A stretch of DNA of 64,000 nt from Pseudomonadota bacterium. GTDB lineage: Bacteria; Bdellovibrionota; Bdellovibrionia; Bdellovibrionales; SG-bin7. Shown in pieces: positions 29,069 to 38,573 of the stretch (within the stretch, counting starts at the first letter, position 1; every line of letters begins with the position of its first letter). The stretch spans positions 32,001-96,000 of the forward strand of contig JAWXAY010000033.1 in the NCBI GenBank assembly GCA_034439715.1, written 5' to 3'. The translations under genes were made by a program, and so were the position numbers. The notes under the pieces are model-generated. The model was not told the origin of the DNA, did no database searches, and worked only from the letters and a program-made list of their open reading frames with translations.

Positions 29069-30327
29069 TAGCGGGGGTATAAACCTCGCAAGAGCATTGC
29101 TGTCTCAAGGCGCTTCAACGAAACACACCAAGCCGCCGTTCTGAGATCTAAATTATTTTCTTGCGCGTAAACCCAAACTTTATCAAAGGCTTTGGTGAGA
29201 GCGGTACGTAGCTTTCGATCGACTTCGTCCTCATCCCAAAAGTAGGCCGCAATGTCTTGGACCCATTCAAAATAGCTGACGATTACGCCACCACCGTTAG
29301 CTAAAATATCTGGAACAATAGTGACGCCCTTTTGATGAAGATATTCGCTAGCTTCAGAATTAGTCGGTCCGTTGGCTCCTTCGACGATAATCTTGGCGCG
29401 AATACGCTTCATATTTTCTGAAGTAATTGAATTTTCAAGGGCACAGGGAAGAAGCATGTCGACATCAAGTTCTAATAGTTCATTATTTTTTATTTTTTGG
29501 CAATTGGGGTAGTTTGCAAGAAGTTTATTTTGAGAAACATGATTTACAAGATCGGGAACATCAAGGCCATCAGCCTTGTAAATTGCGCCGTTGGCATCGC
29601 TAACAGCAATCACTTTGGCACCCATAAAGTTAGCGGTAAGGGCGGCAAATCGACCGACGTTACCAAAGCCTTGAATGGCCATTGTTGTATGCTGAAAATT
29701 GAGACCTTTCTTTTTGGCAATCTCGTGGGCTAAATAAACCACGCCCTTGCCCGTGGCGCTCTCGCGACCCACAGAACCGCCAATCTCAACCGGCTTACCA
29801 GTAACAATCCCTGGCTGGGCGTAGCCGCACTCTTGTGAATAAGTATCCATCATCCAAGCCATGATTCGAGGGCTTGTTCCGACATCGGGAGCTGGAATAT
29901 CTTTAGTGGGACCAATAAAGGGACCAATTTCGGTTGTGTATCTGCGAGTGAGATTTTGCAATTCTGTTTTAGAGAGTTTAGTGGGATCAACGCAGACCCC
30001 ACCTTTGGCTCCGCCGAGCGGCAGCTGAAGAAGAGAATTTTTAAAGGTCATGAGGGCAGCGAGGGCTGCGACTTCTCCGATGCAAACGTCTTGATGATAA
30101 CGAATTCCGCCTTTAAAGGGGCCAAGTGTCATATTATGCTGAATGCGAAAACCTTGAAAAACTTTAACCGAGTAATCATCCATTCGAACCGGAACGCTGA
30201 CACAAATAGCGCGCCGGGGAGTCTTAAGGCGTAGGAGGATGTTAGGATCGACTTTAGCCAGTGTGCCGGCCGTATTTAGGTTTCTCAAAACGTTGTCGTA
30301 CATCGGACCGGAAAACAACTCTTCCAC
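29068..30327 (-). CDS. gdhA: Glu/Leu/Phe/Val dehydrogenase (glutamate dehydrogenase)
   Basis: GPFKGGIRYH, LPLGGAKGG, DIPAPDVGT, IQGFGNVG, EGANGP and PDILANGGGVIVSYFEWVQ motifs. Confidence 0.93.
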   Translation of the reverse strand: MEELFSGPMYDNVLRNLNTAGTLAKVDPNILLRLKTPRRAICVSVPVRMDDYSVKVFQGFRIQHNMTLGPFKGGIRYHQDVCIGEVAALAALMTFKNSLLQLPLGGAKGGVCVDPTKLSKTELQNLTRRYTTEIGPFIGPTKDIPAPDVGTSPRIMAWMMDTYSQECGYAQPGIVTGKPVEIGGSVGRESATGKGVVYLAHEIAKKKGLNFQHTTMAIQGFGNVGRFAALTANFMGAKVIAVSDANGAIYKADGLDVPDLVNHVSQNKLLANYPNCQKIKNNELLELDVDMLLPCALENSITSENMKRIRAKIIVEGANGPTNSEASEYLHQKGVTIVPDILANGGGVIVSYFEWVQDIAAYFWDEDEVDRKLRTALTKAFDKVWVYAQENNLDLRTAAWCVSLKRLETAMLLRGLYPR

Positions 30328-30424
30328 GGCTCCCCCTTCAAATATAGTCTAAGTGCCAAATAAATTTAATCATCCTTTTTTTTTAAGTTTGCAAGTTCAA
30401 ACAGGAGAATTAGACTACTACCTT

Positions 30425-31249
30425 ATGGGGTTTTTTTTAGTCTTTGATAAAAGTAAGGCGCTCATTAAGTATCACGGTCCCAGCGAAGCACTAAGTTCAC
30501 TGGTAGACTCTATCCAACAATGCTTTGCCCAACGCGTTACTGATATCACCGTTGAATTGCCAACAAAAGAAGCTGAGATTGGCGAACTTTTTGAAGTGCT
30601 TAGCAAACTTCATGGTGTATTACAAAAAAGATCAGAAAGATTAAAATTAAAGCAGGACGTGGGTGGGGCGAAAACCCAACTAGTTGTGGATTTATTGGCG
30701 TTAGGGTGCGAAATAACTACCGACGAAGAAGTTCTTAAAGAGATTGAGGTGCAAAAACTTAGGCAAAAGCAAAGTTCAACAAAAGATCGCGCGCTCAAAA
30801 TGCTCGAAGAAATCAAGTCAAATCAAAAAAAATTTAATGAGTTCGATATCGATTTTACTAAACTCTACAAGGCGGCCGAGTTTCAAGCCTGGCCGGAGAT
30901 TGAAGGCTATCTTGAAAAGGTCAGTGCGGCTCTTGAAACTGAACTTCGGCTTAAGGAGAAGCTTGAGCGCGAAAAAAAACTTTATGTCAGTCGAATCCAC
31001 CACTTAAAAAAAGTGACAGAAGTAGATGCCGCAAGCGCCAAGGAGCTCGCAAAAATGCATCAGATAGAAATTGAGCTGGATTCTCTAAAGGCAGAACTTT
31101 CGGAGTTAACGAATCGACTGTTAGGCGCCCAAGATCAGGCAAAAAAAAGCGAGTTGTCCGCAAGGCATGAAGTTACTAGATGCCAGAAGGAATACGGTCC
31201 GGTCATTAACCGACTCAACTTAGAATTAGAAAGGCAAAAAAAGAAATGA
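30425..31249 (+). CDS. Coiled-coil hypothetical protein
   Basis: Long Glu/Lys/Leu-rich ORF whose stop overlaps the next start. Start uncertain (GTG 30353 or ATG 30425). Confidence 0.65.
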   Translation: MGFFLVFDKSKALIKYHGPSEALSSLVDSIQQCFAQRVTDITVELPTKEAEIGELFEVLSKLHGVLQKRSERLKLKQDVGGAKTQLVVDLLALGCEITTDEEVLKEIEVQKLRQKQSSTKDRALKMLEEIKSNQKKFNEFDIDFTKLYKAAEFQAWPEIEGYLEKVSAALETELRLKEKLEREKKLYVSRIHHLKKVTEVDAASAKELAKMHQIEIELDSLKAELSELTNRLLGAQDQAKKSELSARHEVTRCQKEYGPVINRLNLELERQKKK

Positions 31250-32259
31250 TTGAAGTGGCCGCGGGAAATGTTTTGAAAAACCTCGAAAATATTACCGGCA
31301 AAAAAATCCTGATTGTCGGTGACGTGGGAGTTGATGAGTATGTTATCGGAGATGTGAATCGAATTAGTCCCGAAGCTCCGGTGCCCGTGGTTGCGGTGAC
31401 TGAGCAATACTCACGTCTGGGTTTATCCGCCAATGTGGCACAGAATATTGCTAGCTTAAAGAGTGAGTCGGTTTTACTTTCGATCACCGGTGACGATGAG
31501 ACGGCAGAAAAGTTAAGGGGGCTCTTAAAAAAAGAAAAAGTAAATAGCGATTTTTTGATTAAGGACTCGAGTCGTCAGACAACCCGAAAACTAAGAGTTC
31601 TGGGTGTACTTGCTGGACATCATCATATTGTGAGAGTCGATTTTGAACAAAGGCGATTTCTCTCACCCGAGGTCGAAAAAAAATACTTAAAACGAGCCCA
31701 AGAGGTTATTCCCGAAGTTGATGTGGTCATAATTCAGGATTATGCCAAAGGAGTCATTAGCGAAAGTATTTCGCAAAAGATCATTGAGCTTTCAAAAAAA
31801 AATAAGAAAAAAGTATTGGTTGATCCTCATCGATTAACACCCCTTCATTTCTACAGCGGCGCGAATGTTTTTAAACCCAATTTTGCTGAGGCGCTGGCCT
31901 TGTCAAAAATAGATCAAGATGACCTGCATTTTAATAAAAATATTATTAGAGACGTAGTAAAGGCCTTAGAAACAGAGGGTCAATTTGAAACTGTAATATT
32001 GACTCGAGGAAAAGAAGGCATGTCCTTTGTGCAAAAAGGGAAAATTGAAAATGTCCCGACCTTTGCTAAAGAAGTTTTTGATGTAACTGGCGCCGGCGAC
32101 ACCGTAATTGCAAGTCTGGGATTGGGCCTTGCTGCCGGCTTTAGCGTATTTGAGTCGTGTGTGTTGGCAAATGCGGCGGCGGGCGTTGTTGTCGGAAAAA
32201 TCGGTTGCGTCCCTTGTTACTATGAAGAGGCAAAGGCGGCCCTCAAAGAACGATGCTAA
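31246..32259 (+). CDS. rfaE1: D-glycero-beta-D-manno-heptose-7-phosphate kinase (RfaE/HldE domain I)
   Basis: ILIVGDVGVDEY..GDVNRISPEAPVPV, DYAKGV, VDP, TRG.EGM and VFDVTGAGDTV motifs. Confidence 0.9.
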   Translation: MIEVAAGNVLKNLENITGKKILIVGDVGVDEYVIGDVNRISPEAPVPVVAVTEQYSRLGLSANVAQNIASLKSESVLLSITGDDETAEKLRGLLKKEKVNSDFLIKDSSRQTTRKLRVLGVLAGHHHIVRVDFEQRRFLSPEVEKKYLKRAQEVIPEVDVVIIQDYAKGVISESISQKIIELSKKNKKKVLVDPHRLTPLHFYSGANVFKPNFAEALALSKIDQDDLHFNKNIIRDVVKALETEGQFETVILTRGKEGMSFVQKGKIENVPTFAKEVFDVTGAGDTVIASLGLGLAAGFSVFESCVLANAAAGVVVGKIGCVPCYYEEAKAALKERC

Positions 32260-32352
32260 GGGTGGGTCGTGGCGCGTAAACTTATTACAGGGTTCAGAAC
32301 CTCCTAATATCTCATTGATAAAGCAAAGTCTTTTAGGTAAAGCTTTGGGCTC

Positions 32353-33444
32353 ATGAATATCCCCCGTACTTCTCAAAACTTTTATTCGTTTACAATGAAA
32401 ACTTTGCGTGAGTTTCTAGTCCAATTTGGAAAAGAAAAATTTCGAGCCGAGCAGCTTTTTCGCTGGGTTTATATCGAGGGTGTTACTGATTTTAATCTCA
32501 TGACAAATCTCTCCAAGGCCTTTCGTGAAGAACTGACAAAAGTTATACATTTTGAGTTGCCTCAAGTAGTAAGCCATCTCAAAAGCGAAGACGGCACGCA
32601 AAAACTTTTACTGAATGTTGGCGACAAAAAAACCATAGAGGCCGTTTTGATTCCCTCAGATGGTCGCCTGACTTTATGTGTATCTTCAGAGGTGGGCTGC
32701 AATATGGCCTGTCAGTTTTGTTATACGGGCAAAATTAAGCTTAGTAAAAGACTTTCAGTTGACCAAATTGTGGGACAATATCTGCGAGCTCGAGAAGTAT
32801 TGGCTCCTGAAGAGCGAATTTCAAATATTGTATTTATGGGAATGGGCGAGCCCCTCGATAATCCTCAGAATGTTTTTCCTGCGATTGAAATTCTACATGA
32901 AACTTTTGGTATTAACTTGTCGCTAAAAAAAATAACTGTCTCGACGTCAGGTTTAGTGCCACAAATGCCATTGATCACTGAGGCCGGAGTTAGGCTTGCA
33001 GTTAGCTTAAATGCCTCTAACGATGAAGTCCGTTCGCAAATAATGCCGATCAACAAAAAATACCCCATTAAGGAGCTGCTCGACGCTTGCCGCGAGCACT
33101 GTCGTGAAACTAAAGACAAAGTGACACTCGAATATGTGTTGCTAAAGGGAGTCACAGATTCTTTAGAGCATGCGCACGAACTTTATCATCTGACTAAATC
33201 GGTTCCGTGTAAAATAAATATTATTCCGTTTAATGAACACCCGGGAGCTGATTTCCTAAGGCCGTCAATGAATCAGGTTTATAAGTTTCAGCAGGAATTA
33301 ATTAATCTAGGTGCTCACGTGCTGCTCCGAAAAACCATGGGTAGAGATATTTTTGCAGCTTGCGGGCAACTGACCTCCTTTTATCAGGATCGGCCTGAAA
33401 AATTAAATGTCAAAAAACCAATCGAGGGGAATTTGCATGCCTAA
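32353..33444 (+). CDS. rlmN: Dual-specificity 23S rRNA (A2503)/tRNA C2 methyltransferase
   Basis: CVSSEVGCNMACQFCYTG, NIVFMGMGEP, TVSTSG, LAVSLNA and DIFAACGQL motifs. Confidence 0.95.
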   Translation: MNIPRTSQNFYSFTMKTLREFLVQFGKEKFRAEQLFRWVYIEGVTDFNLMTNLSKAFREELTKVIHFELPQVVSHLKSEDGTQKLLLNVGDKKTIEAVLIPSDGRLTLCVSSEVGCNMACQFCYTGKIKLSKRLSVDQIVGQYLRAREVLAPEERISNIVFMGMGEPLDNPQNVFPAIEILHETFGINLSLKKITVSTSGLVPQMPLITEAGVRLAVSLNASNDEVRSQIMPINKKYPIKELLDACREHCRETKDKVTLEYVLLKGVTDSLEHAHELYHLTKSVPCKINIIPFNEHPGADFLRPSMNQVYKFQQELINLGAHVLLRKTMGRDIFAACGQLTSFYQDRPEKLNVKKPIEGNLHA

Positions 33445-34342
33445 CATCGTAGTTATCGGAAGCCTTGCTTATGATTCCATTTATACCCCCTCCGGCGCCG
33501 CAGAGCGCGCCTTGGGTGGGTCCTCAAATTATTTTTCATTGGCGGCGAGCCTCTATACTAAAGTGCGCGTAGTAGGCGTTGTTGGAGAGGACTATTTAGC
33601 GACAGATTTAGAATTACTAACTCATAGAGGGGTTGATGTTTCAGGAGTTCAAAAACTTCCGGGCAAAACTTTTCATTGGGCCGGTAAGTATGAGGGCGAC
33701 CTAAATGAGGCGCAGACTTTAGTGACAGAATTAAATGTGTTTGAAACTTTTTCTCCAAAATTGCCCGAAAAATATAGAGACAGTGAGTATGTATTTTTGG
33801 CAAACATCGATCCTGATTTGCAAATGTCCGTTCTCGAACAAGTAAAAAAACCTCGTGTGATCGCTTGCGATACAATGAATTTTTGGATTAGCTCTAAATT
33901 AAATTCTCTCAAAAAAGTTATCGAGAAAGTGGATGTTTTACTTATTAATGAGGGCGAAGCAAAAATTTTGACTGGCGCCCCAAACGCTATTGCTGCGGCA
34001 CCTCTTCTTAACAAAATGGGGCCAAAAGCTGTGGTGATTAAACGTGGGGAGTACGGATTTGCTCTTTATCATGATAGCCACTTTTTTATTTTACCGGCTT
34101 TTCCAATATCTAAAGTGATCGATCCGACGGGCGCCGGTGATACATTTGCTGGGGGATTTATGAGTTACTTAGCACAACATAGCGGAGACTTAAGTCGTGA
34201 GAGTCTACGAAACGCCTGCATACGGGGAAGCATGCTTGCCAGTTTTACTGTCCAAGACTTTAGTATTAGAGCCCTTCTTAAACTGTCGGCAGCGGACGTT
34301 GAAAAGCGCCAAGCGGAGTATCGAAAAGTAATATCGCTGTAA
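33437..34342 (+). CDS. PfkB-family carbohydrate/nucleoside kinase
   Basis: IGSLAYD, LGGSSNY, DTMNFWI, INEGEA, KRGEYG and DPTGAGDTFAGG motifs. ATG 33437 overlaps the end of rlmN. Confidence 0.9.
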   Translation: MPNIVVIGSLAYDSIYTPSGAAERALGGSSNYFSLAASLYTKVRVVGVVGEDYLATDLELLTHRGVDVSGVQKLPGKTFHWAGKYEGDLNEAQTLVTELNVFETFSPKLPEKYRDSEYVFLANIDPDLQMSVLEQVKKPRVIACDTMNFWISSKLNSLKKVIEKVDVLLINEGEAKILTGAPNAIAAAPLLNKMGPKAVVIKRGEYGFALYHDSHFFILPAFPISKVIDPTGAGDTFAGGFMSYLAQHSGDLSRESLRNACIRGSMLASFTVQDFSIRALLKLSAADVEKRQAEYRKVISL

Positions 34343-34346
34343 TACT

Positions 34347-34380
34347 AGACCAAAGACCGTCTTTATTTTTGGTCTTTTTT
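34347..34380 (+). terminator. Possible intrinsic terminator
   Basis: AAAGACC..GGTCTTT stem followed by Ts. Confidence 0.5.
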
Positions 34381-34408
34381 AGGGCTGGTACCTACCGAGA
34401 AAAATCCT

Positions 34409-34435
34409 TAATTAATTCCTATGAATTTCCGATAG
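34409..34435 (+). promoter_or_regulatory. Putative sigma28 (FliA) promoter
   Basis: TAAT-N15-TCCGATAG immediately upstream of 34445. Confidence 0.5.
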
Positions 34436-34444
34436 TTATGGTGG

Positions 34445-35194
34445 ATGAGTGAACAAAAAGGTGGCGGTAAGTTTGCGATGGGCATCGTGGATGCGCTGTT
34501 GGGTAAAGACCAACAGAAGGTCGGCGAACAGCTTCCGGATTTCAAAAGGTTAGAAACTCCCAAAGGAATTTTTTCGACGCCGGGCCATTTGCCAACAACT
34601 GAAGCCGCACTCGCGCAATCCGAAAACCTCAGAGTTGCCCAACAGAGATTGCTAGAACTCGAAGAAGAAATCGAACGACTGAGACGCGAAAACGAAAAAC
34701 TAATTGCTGCTGGTCAGACGCTAAATCGTCGAATTGACGAAACTTCTTCAAAACTCGAAAGCACTACTCGTCGTCTTGGTGAAGATCGAGATTCTCATGA
34801 AGATGAAAAGCGGGTTTTGACTGAATCTATCAATGCGAAAGATCGCGAAATAGGCCGCGTCACAGGTAAAGTTGAAGAGTTAGAAATCCGCCTGAGCACA
34901 GACCTTAAAAAAATTCGAGTGAGAGAACGAGAGCTAGAAAATCGATTAGAGATAATGAAAATGGAAAGCTCAGCGGTCATCCGTAATAAAGACGAGATTA
35001 TATTGGATCTCAAGAGAGGTCTTGATCAATTGAACCTAGACATTGAAAATCAACGGAGTCGGGAGTCAGCAAGTTCGGATAAGCTAGAGAAGGAGCAAGA
35101 AAAAACTCGTAGGGCCGTCAAGGCTATGAGGCTGGCCCTTTCTCTTCTCGAGGATGAAGAACTCTCACAAACGCCACTTAAAAAGGTTAGATAA
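34445..35194 (+). CDS. Coiled-coil hypothetical protein
   Basis: Heptad-rich 249-aa ORF (LLELEEEIERLRRENEKL, RERELENRLE). Confidence 0.75.
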   Translation: MSEQKGGGKFAMGIVDALLGKDQQKVGEQLPDFKRLETPKGIFSTPGHLPTTEAALAQSENLRVAQQRLLELEEEIERLRRENEKLIAAGQTLNRRIDETSSKLESTTRRLGEDRDSHEDEKRVLTESINAKDREIGRVTGKVEELEIRLSTDLKKIRVRERELENRLEIMKMESSAVIRNKDEIILDLKRGLDQLNLDIENQRSRESASSDKLEKEQEKTRRAVKAMRLALSLLEDEELSQTPLKKVR

Positions 35195-35200
35195 ATTCGC

Positions 35201-36214
35201 ATGAGTAATCTGTTAGAAAAAATTCTTAGCTTTGAAGATACTTTGACCTTAGACAATTGGTCTGAATGTCTTTCCAGTTGCATGAGATCCTTTCGCGTTG
35301 AGCTCGATTGTGAAGACGCGTTTTGGCTTCATGGAAACTTTCTACAAAACTTAAAGGTAAAGGTTGAGCAAAAGACGATGTTACGAATTCCTCGAGCCAA
35401 ACTGGGCGAGCCCATTCCCACATTGTTGTCGCTTGAGCCTTTAGCGCAAGACCAATTTTCGCAGTTGGCGATTGACCTCATTGAAGGCTCCCAGCTTGAT
35501 ATTTCCAAACTTACTAAACCAACTATTATTGCGACCACGCTCAATAATTTTTTAATTTGGCCAGTTTATAATAGGCAGTGCGACTATAAGATTGGCGTGT
35601 TCATTTTTAGAAATCTGAAAAAGTGGGAAGCTTCGTGGATTCGTGAGGCCATAATCCCAATTGAAAAAGTTATCTCGCGAAATATAGACGAAGCTTTTCG
35701 CTTTATCAAAGCGCGAGAGTTAGCCTTTGTGGATGACTTGACGGGGCTTTACAACCAGAGGTATTTAGGGCGGGCGTTAGATCGAGAAATTGCCCAGTCT
35801 AAAAGACAAAAAATTCCCTTTTCTATTTTGTTTTTGGACGTTGATCACTTCAAAATGGTCAATGACAAGTTTGGACATGTTATTGGGTCAAAAATTTTGG
35901 CGCAGTTGGGAAGTGTCCTGAAGACTCATGTGCGGGGAAGTGATGTAGGAATTCGATATGGCGGAGATGAATATCTGTTGCTGCTGACAGGAGCCAACGC
36001 TAAAAACGCAAGCATAGCGGCCGAGAGGATACGAAAAATAATTGCGGCTCAGGACTTCGAAATTGCAGGTAAGCCCTATAAGATAACTGCCAGCATTGGT
36101 GTGGCCGCCTTTCCAGAGCATGCAATGAATAAAGAAGAACTTATTAACTTGGCCGACCAAGCAATGTACAACAGTAAAAATTCGGGAAGAAATAAAATTT
36201 ACTTAGCTAGTTAG
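35201..36214 (+). CDS. Diguanylate cyclase (GGDEY) with an uncharacterised N-terminal domain
   Basis: DDLTGLYNQRY, DVDHFK.VND.FGH.IG, RGSD I-site, RYGGDEY and ADQAMY.SK motifs. Confidence 0.92.
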   Translation: MSNLLEKILSFEDTLTLDNWSECLSSCMRSFRVELDCEDAFWLHGNFLQNLKVKVEQKTMLRIPRAKLGEPIPTLLSLEPLAQDQFSQLAIDLIEGSQLDISKLTKPTIIATTLNNFLIWPVYNRQCDYKIGVFIFRNLKKWEASWIREAIIPIEKVISRNIDEAFRFIKARELAFVDDLTGLYNQRYLGRALDREIAQSKRQKIPFSILFLDVDHFKMVNDKFGHVIGSKILAQLGSVLKTHVRGSDVGIRYGGDEYLLLLTGANAKNASIAAERIRKIIAAQDFEIAGKPYKITASIGVAAFPEHAMNKEELINLADQAMYNSKNSGRNKIYLAS

Positions 36215-36225
36215 GATGACTGGTA

Positions 36226-37305
36226 ATGAAAAAAATTAAAATTGTCGTGAGTGACCTGCATCTCGGTAAGGGCCGTCTCCTTGAGGGGGGTGCTTTAAAC
36301 TCTCTAGAAGAATTTTACTTTGCAGAAAAATTTTCTGAATTTTTGTCCTATTATACTTCGGGCGAGTACAAAGGATACCAGGTTGAGCTGGTTCTTAATG
36401 GCGACATTTTTAATTTTCTTCAAGTTGATTTTCGTGGACATTTTTTAACGGTTTTGACCGAGGGCGTTTGTGTGGCAATTTTGAAATCCATTGTCGGGGG
36501 GCACCCGCAATTCTTTAAGGCTCTCAGCGAATTCGCCGCTATAGAGGGCAATCAAATTACCTATGTGGTTGGCAATCATGATCAGGGAATGTTTTGGCCT
36601 GCTACCCGAGCTCATCTCGACCAGGTCGTTGGCAAAAAAGTTCGCTTCAGAAATCTCGTCTATTATTTTGATGGCGTGCATATTGAGCATGGTCATATGT
36701 ACGAAGCAGCAAACCGACTTGAGACAAAAAGATTTTTTCTGAAAAAAAACCTACCAGAGCCAATTTTGAATCTGCCGCTGGGTTCCCATTTCTTTGTGGA
36801 GTTTGTTCTAAAGATCAAAGAAGTTTGGCCTTACGTCGATAAAATAAGACCCTTTCGAAATATGATCCGCTGGGCTATATTTACTGAACCTTGGCTTATG
36901 TTTTCGGGAACGCTCAAACTTATTTGGTACTTTCTCAAAGTGGCTCTAACCAATGATCCCCGTCGGCAGGTTTCTATAAAAAAAATCCTACACGTATTTT
37001 TAGAAAGCGCCGTATTTCCTGATTTAAGCGAAGCTGCAAATAAGATCCTGCAGGACGAGCGTGTTCATACTGTGGTATTTGGTCACACTCACGTTTACCA
37101 GTATAGGCAGTGGGCCGACGACATGGAGTATTTCAATACGGGCACTTGGACCGAGCTAACTTCGCTCGACATGTCCTCCCTTGGCAAGATCACGAAACTT
37201 ACTTACTGTCTTATAGAATACCCACAAGATGACGGCCGCCCACGGGGCCGGTTAAAGGAGTGGCGAGGCTATCATCGTATCGAAGAAGATGTAGCGATCG
37301 CGTAA
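36226..37305 (+). CDS. Calcineurin-like metallophosphoesterase
   Basis: SDLHLG, NGD, GNHD, EHGH and FGHTH motifs. Confidence 0.88.
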   Translation: MKKIKIVVSDLHLGKGRLLEGGALNSLEEFYFAEKFSEFLSYYTSGEYKGYQVELVLNGDIFNFLQVDFRGHFLTVLTEGVCVAILKSIVGGHPQFFKALSEFAAIEGNQITYVVGNHDQGMFWPATRAHLDQVVGKKVRFRNLVYYFDGVHIEHGHMYEAANRLETKRFFLKKNLPEPILNLPLGSHFFVEFVLKIKEVWPYVDKIRPFRNMIRWAIFTEPWLMFSGTLKLIWYFLKVALTNDPRRQVSIKKILHVFLESAVFPDLSEAANKILQDERVHTVVFGHTHVYQYRQWADDMEYFNTGTWTELTSLDMSSLGKITKLTYCLIEYPQDDGRPRGRLKEWRGYHRIEEDVAIA

Positions 37306-37307
37306 GT

Positions 37308-38534
37308 ATGATATTTTTGACTGAATCCACAGTTAAGGCCACTCAAAGCGAAACCGAATTGGCGTTAGCAAGCGTTGAGAAGGTTTTATCGAGAATGGAT
37401 TTGGGTTTTTTGAAAACACCCGAGCGCGCTCATTTGTGGAAATCCAGCCAGGAGCGAGCCACCCAATTAAGAAATACCTGTCAAACAATGATTGTTTTGG
37501 GAATTGGTGGGAGCGCGATGGGCGGACGCGCCATTCAAGAAATATTTGAAACAAGCCACTCAAAATTCAAAGTCGAGTTTATAGATAATATAGATAGCCA
37601 TAGTTTTTGGAAAAAAATAGAATCGCTTAAAGATCTAGAGAAAACCCATTGGGTACTCGTGTCCAAGAGTGGAAATACACTTGAAACTCTGGCGATGGGG
37701 AATTATTTAAATCAGTTTTTAGCAGATAAAGGCATTGAAATTAAAAATGTCTGTACTGTTGTTACAGAACCTAAAGAAAACATCCTCGCCAGATGGGCAA
37801 AAAAAAACCAGGTGCCAATGTTAGAAATTCCACTCGACGTGGGTGGGAGATTTTCGGTTTTGACTCCAGTGGGACTTCTGCCGGCAGCTTTTTTGGGAGC
37901 CGACCTTGAACAGATACGCCAGGGTGCGCTTTGGGCCGCTAGCGAAAAGGAGTTAGCCACAAACCTTGTAGCGCTCAGTATGGCAAGTTTTAGGCGCGAG
38001 GAGTGGATAACATGTTTTTGGAGCTACTGTGATAGTTTAAAAAGTTTCGGTTTTTGGGTGCAACAGTTGTGGGCCGAATCCCTCGCTAAAAAAACTACTA
38101 GAGAGAACAAGCCCGCGCCTCGTGCGAGTACACCTATCCCATTAATTGGATCCCGTGATCAACACTCCGTCCTGCAGCAAATTGCTGAGGGGCACCGCGA
38201 TAAATTTATTTGGTTTATTAGAGTCTCTGAAGGCGAAGATTACGGAGCAATTCTTAAAAAAGATATTTTTGGTGCTGACGTAAATTACGAAAATAAAAAC
38301 CTAGGTCGAGTTTTTGCTGCCTTGGCAGTGTCAACTACCCAAGGCTTGAAGCAAGTAGGAGTAAACTCACTCACCCTACGTCTGGGACGGCTACAAGAAA
38401 AAGAGGTCGGTGCGCTTTTTATGATTTTTCAAGTGGTGGTGGCGGCCCTCGGTGAGTGTATGGATATCAACGCGTTTGATCAGCCCGGCGTCGAGCTAGG
38501 CAAGAGGCTGGCCAAAGAGATTCTTCAGAACTGA
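37308..38534 (+). CDS. pgi: Glucose-6-phosphate isomerase
   Basis: GIGGSAMG, SKSGNTLET, VGGRFSVL, QLWAESL, DQHS.LQ and FDQPGVELGK motifs. Confidence 0.93.
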   Translation: MIFLTESTVKATQSETELALASVEKVLSRMDLGFLKTPERAHLWKSSQERATQLRNTCQTMIVLGIGGSAMGGRAIQEIFETSHSKFKVEFIDNIDSHSFWKKIESLKDLEKTHWVLVSKSGNTLETLAMGNYLNQFLADKGIEIKNVCTVVTEPKENILARWAKKNQVPMLEIPLDVGGRFSVLTPVGLLPAAFLGADLEQIRQGALWAASEKELATNLVALSMASFRREEWITCFWSYCDSLKSFGFWVQQLWAESLAKKTTRENKPAPRASTPIPLIGSRDQHSVLQQIAEGHRDKFIWFIRVSEGEDYGAILKKDIFGADVNYENKNLGRVFAALAVSTTQGLKQVGVNSLTLRLGRLQEKEVGALFMIFQVVVAALGECMDINAFDQPGVELGKRLAKEILQN

Positions 38535-38573
38535 ATTGTCTGAACCCTAAAAACCTTCATATAATTAAGCTAC

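Noticed and set aside
32260..32352. Possible tRNA or sRNA between the heptose kinase gene and rlmN
   Set aside because: No cloverleaf, T-loop GTTCGA or CCA end could be built.
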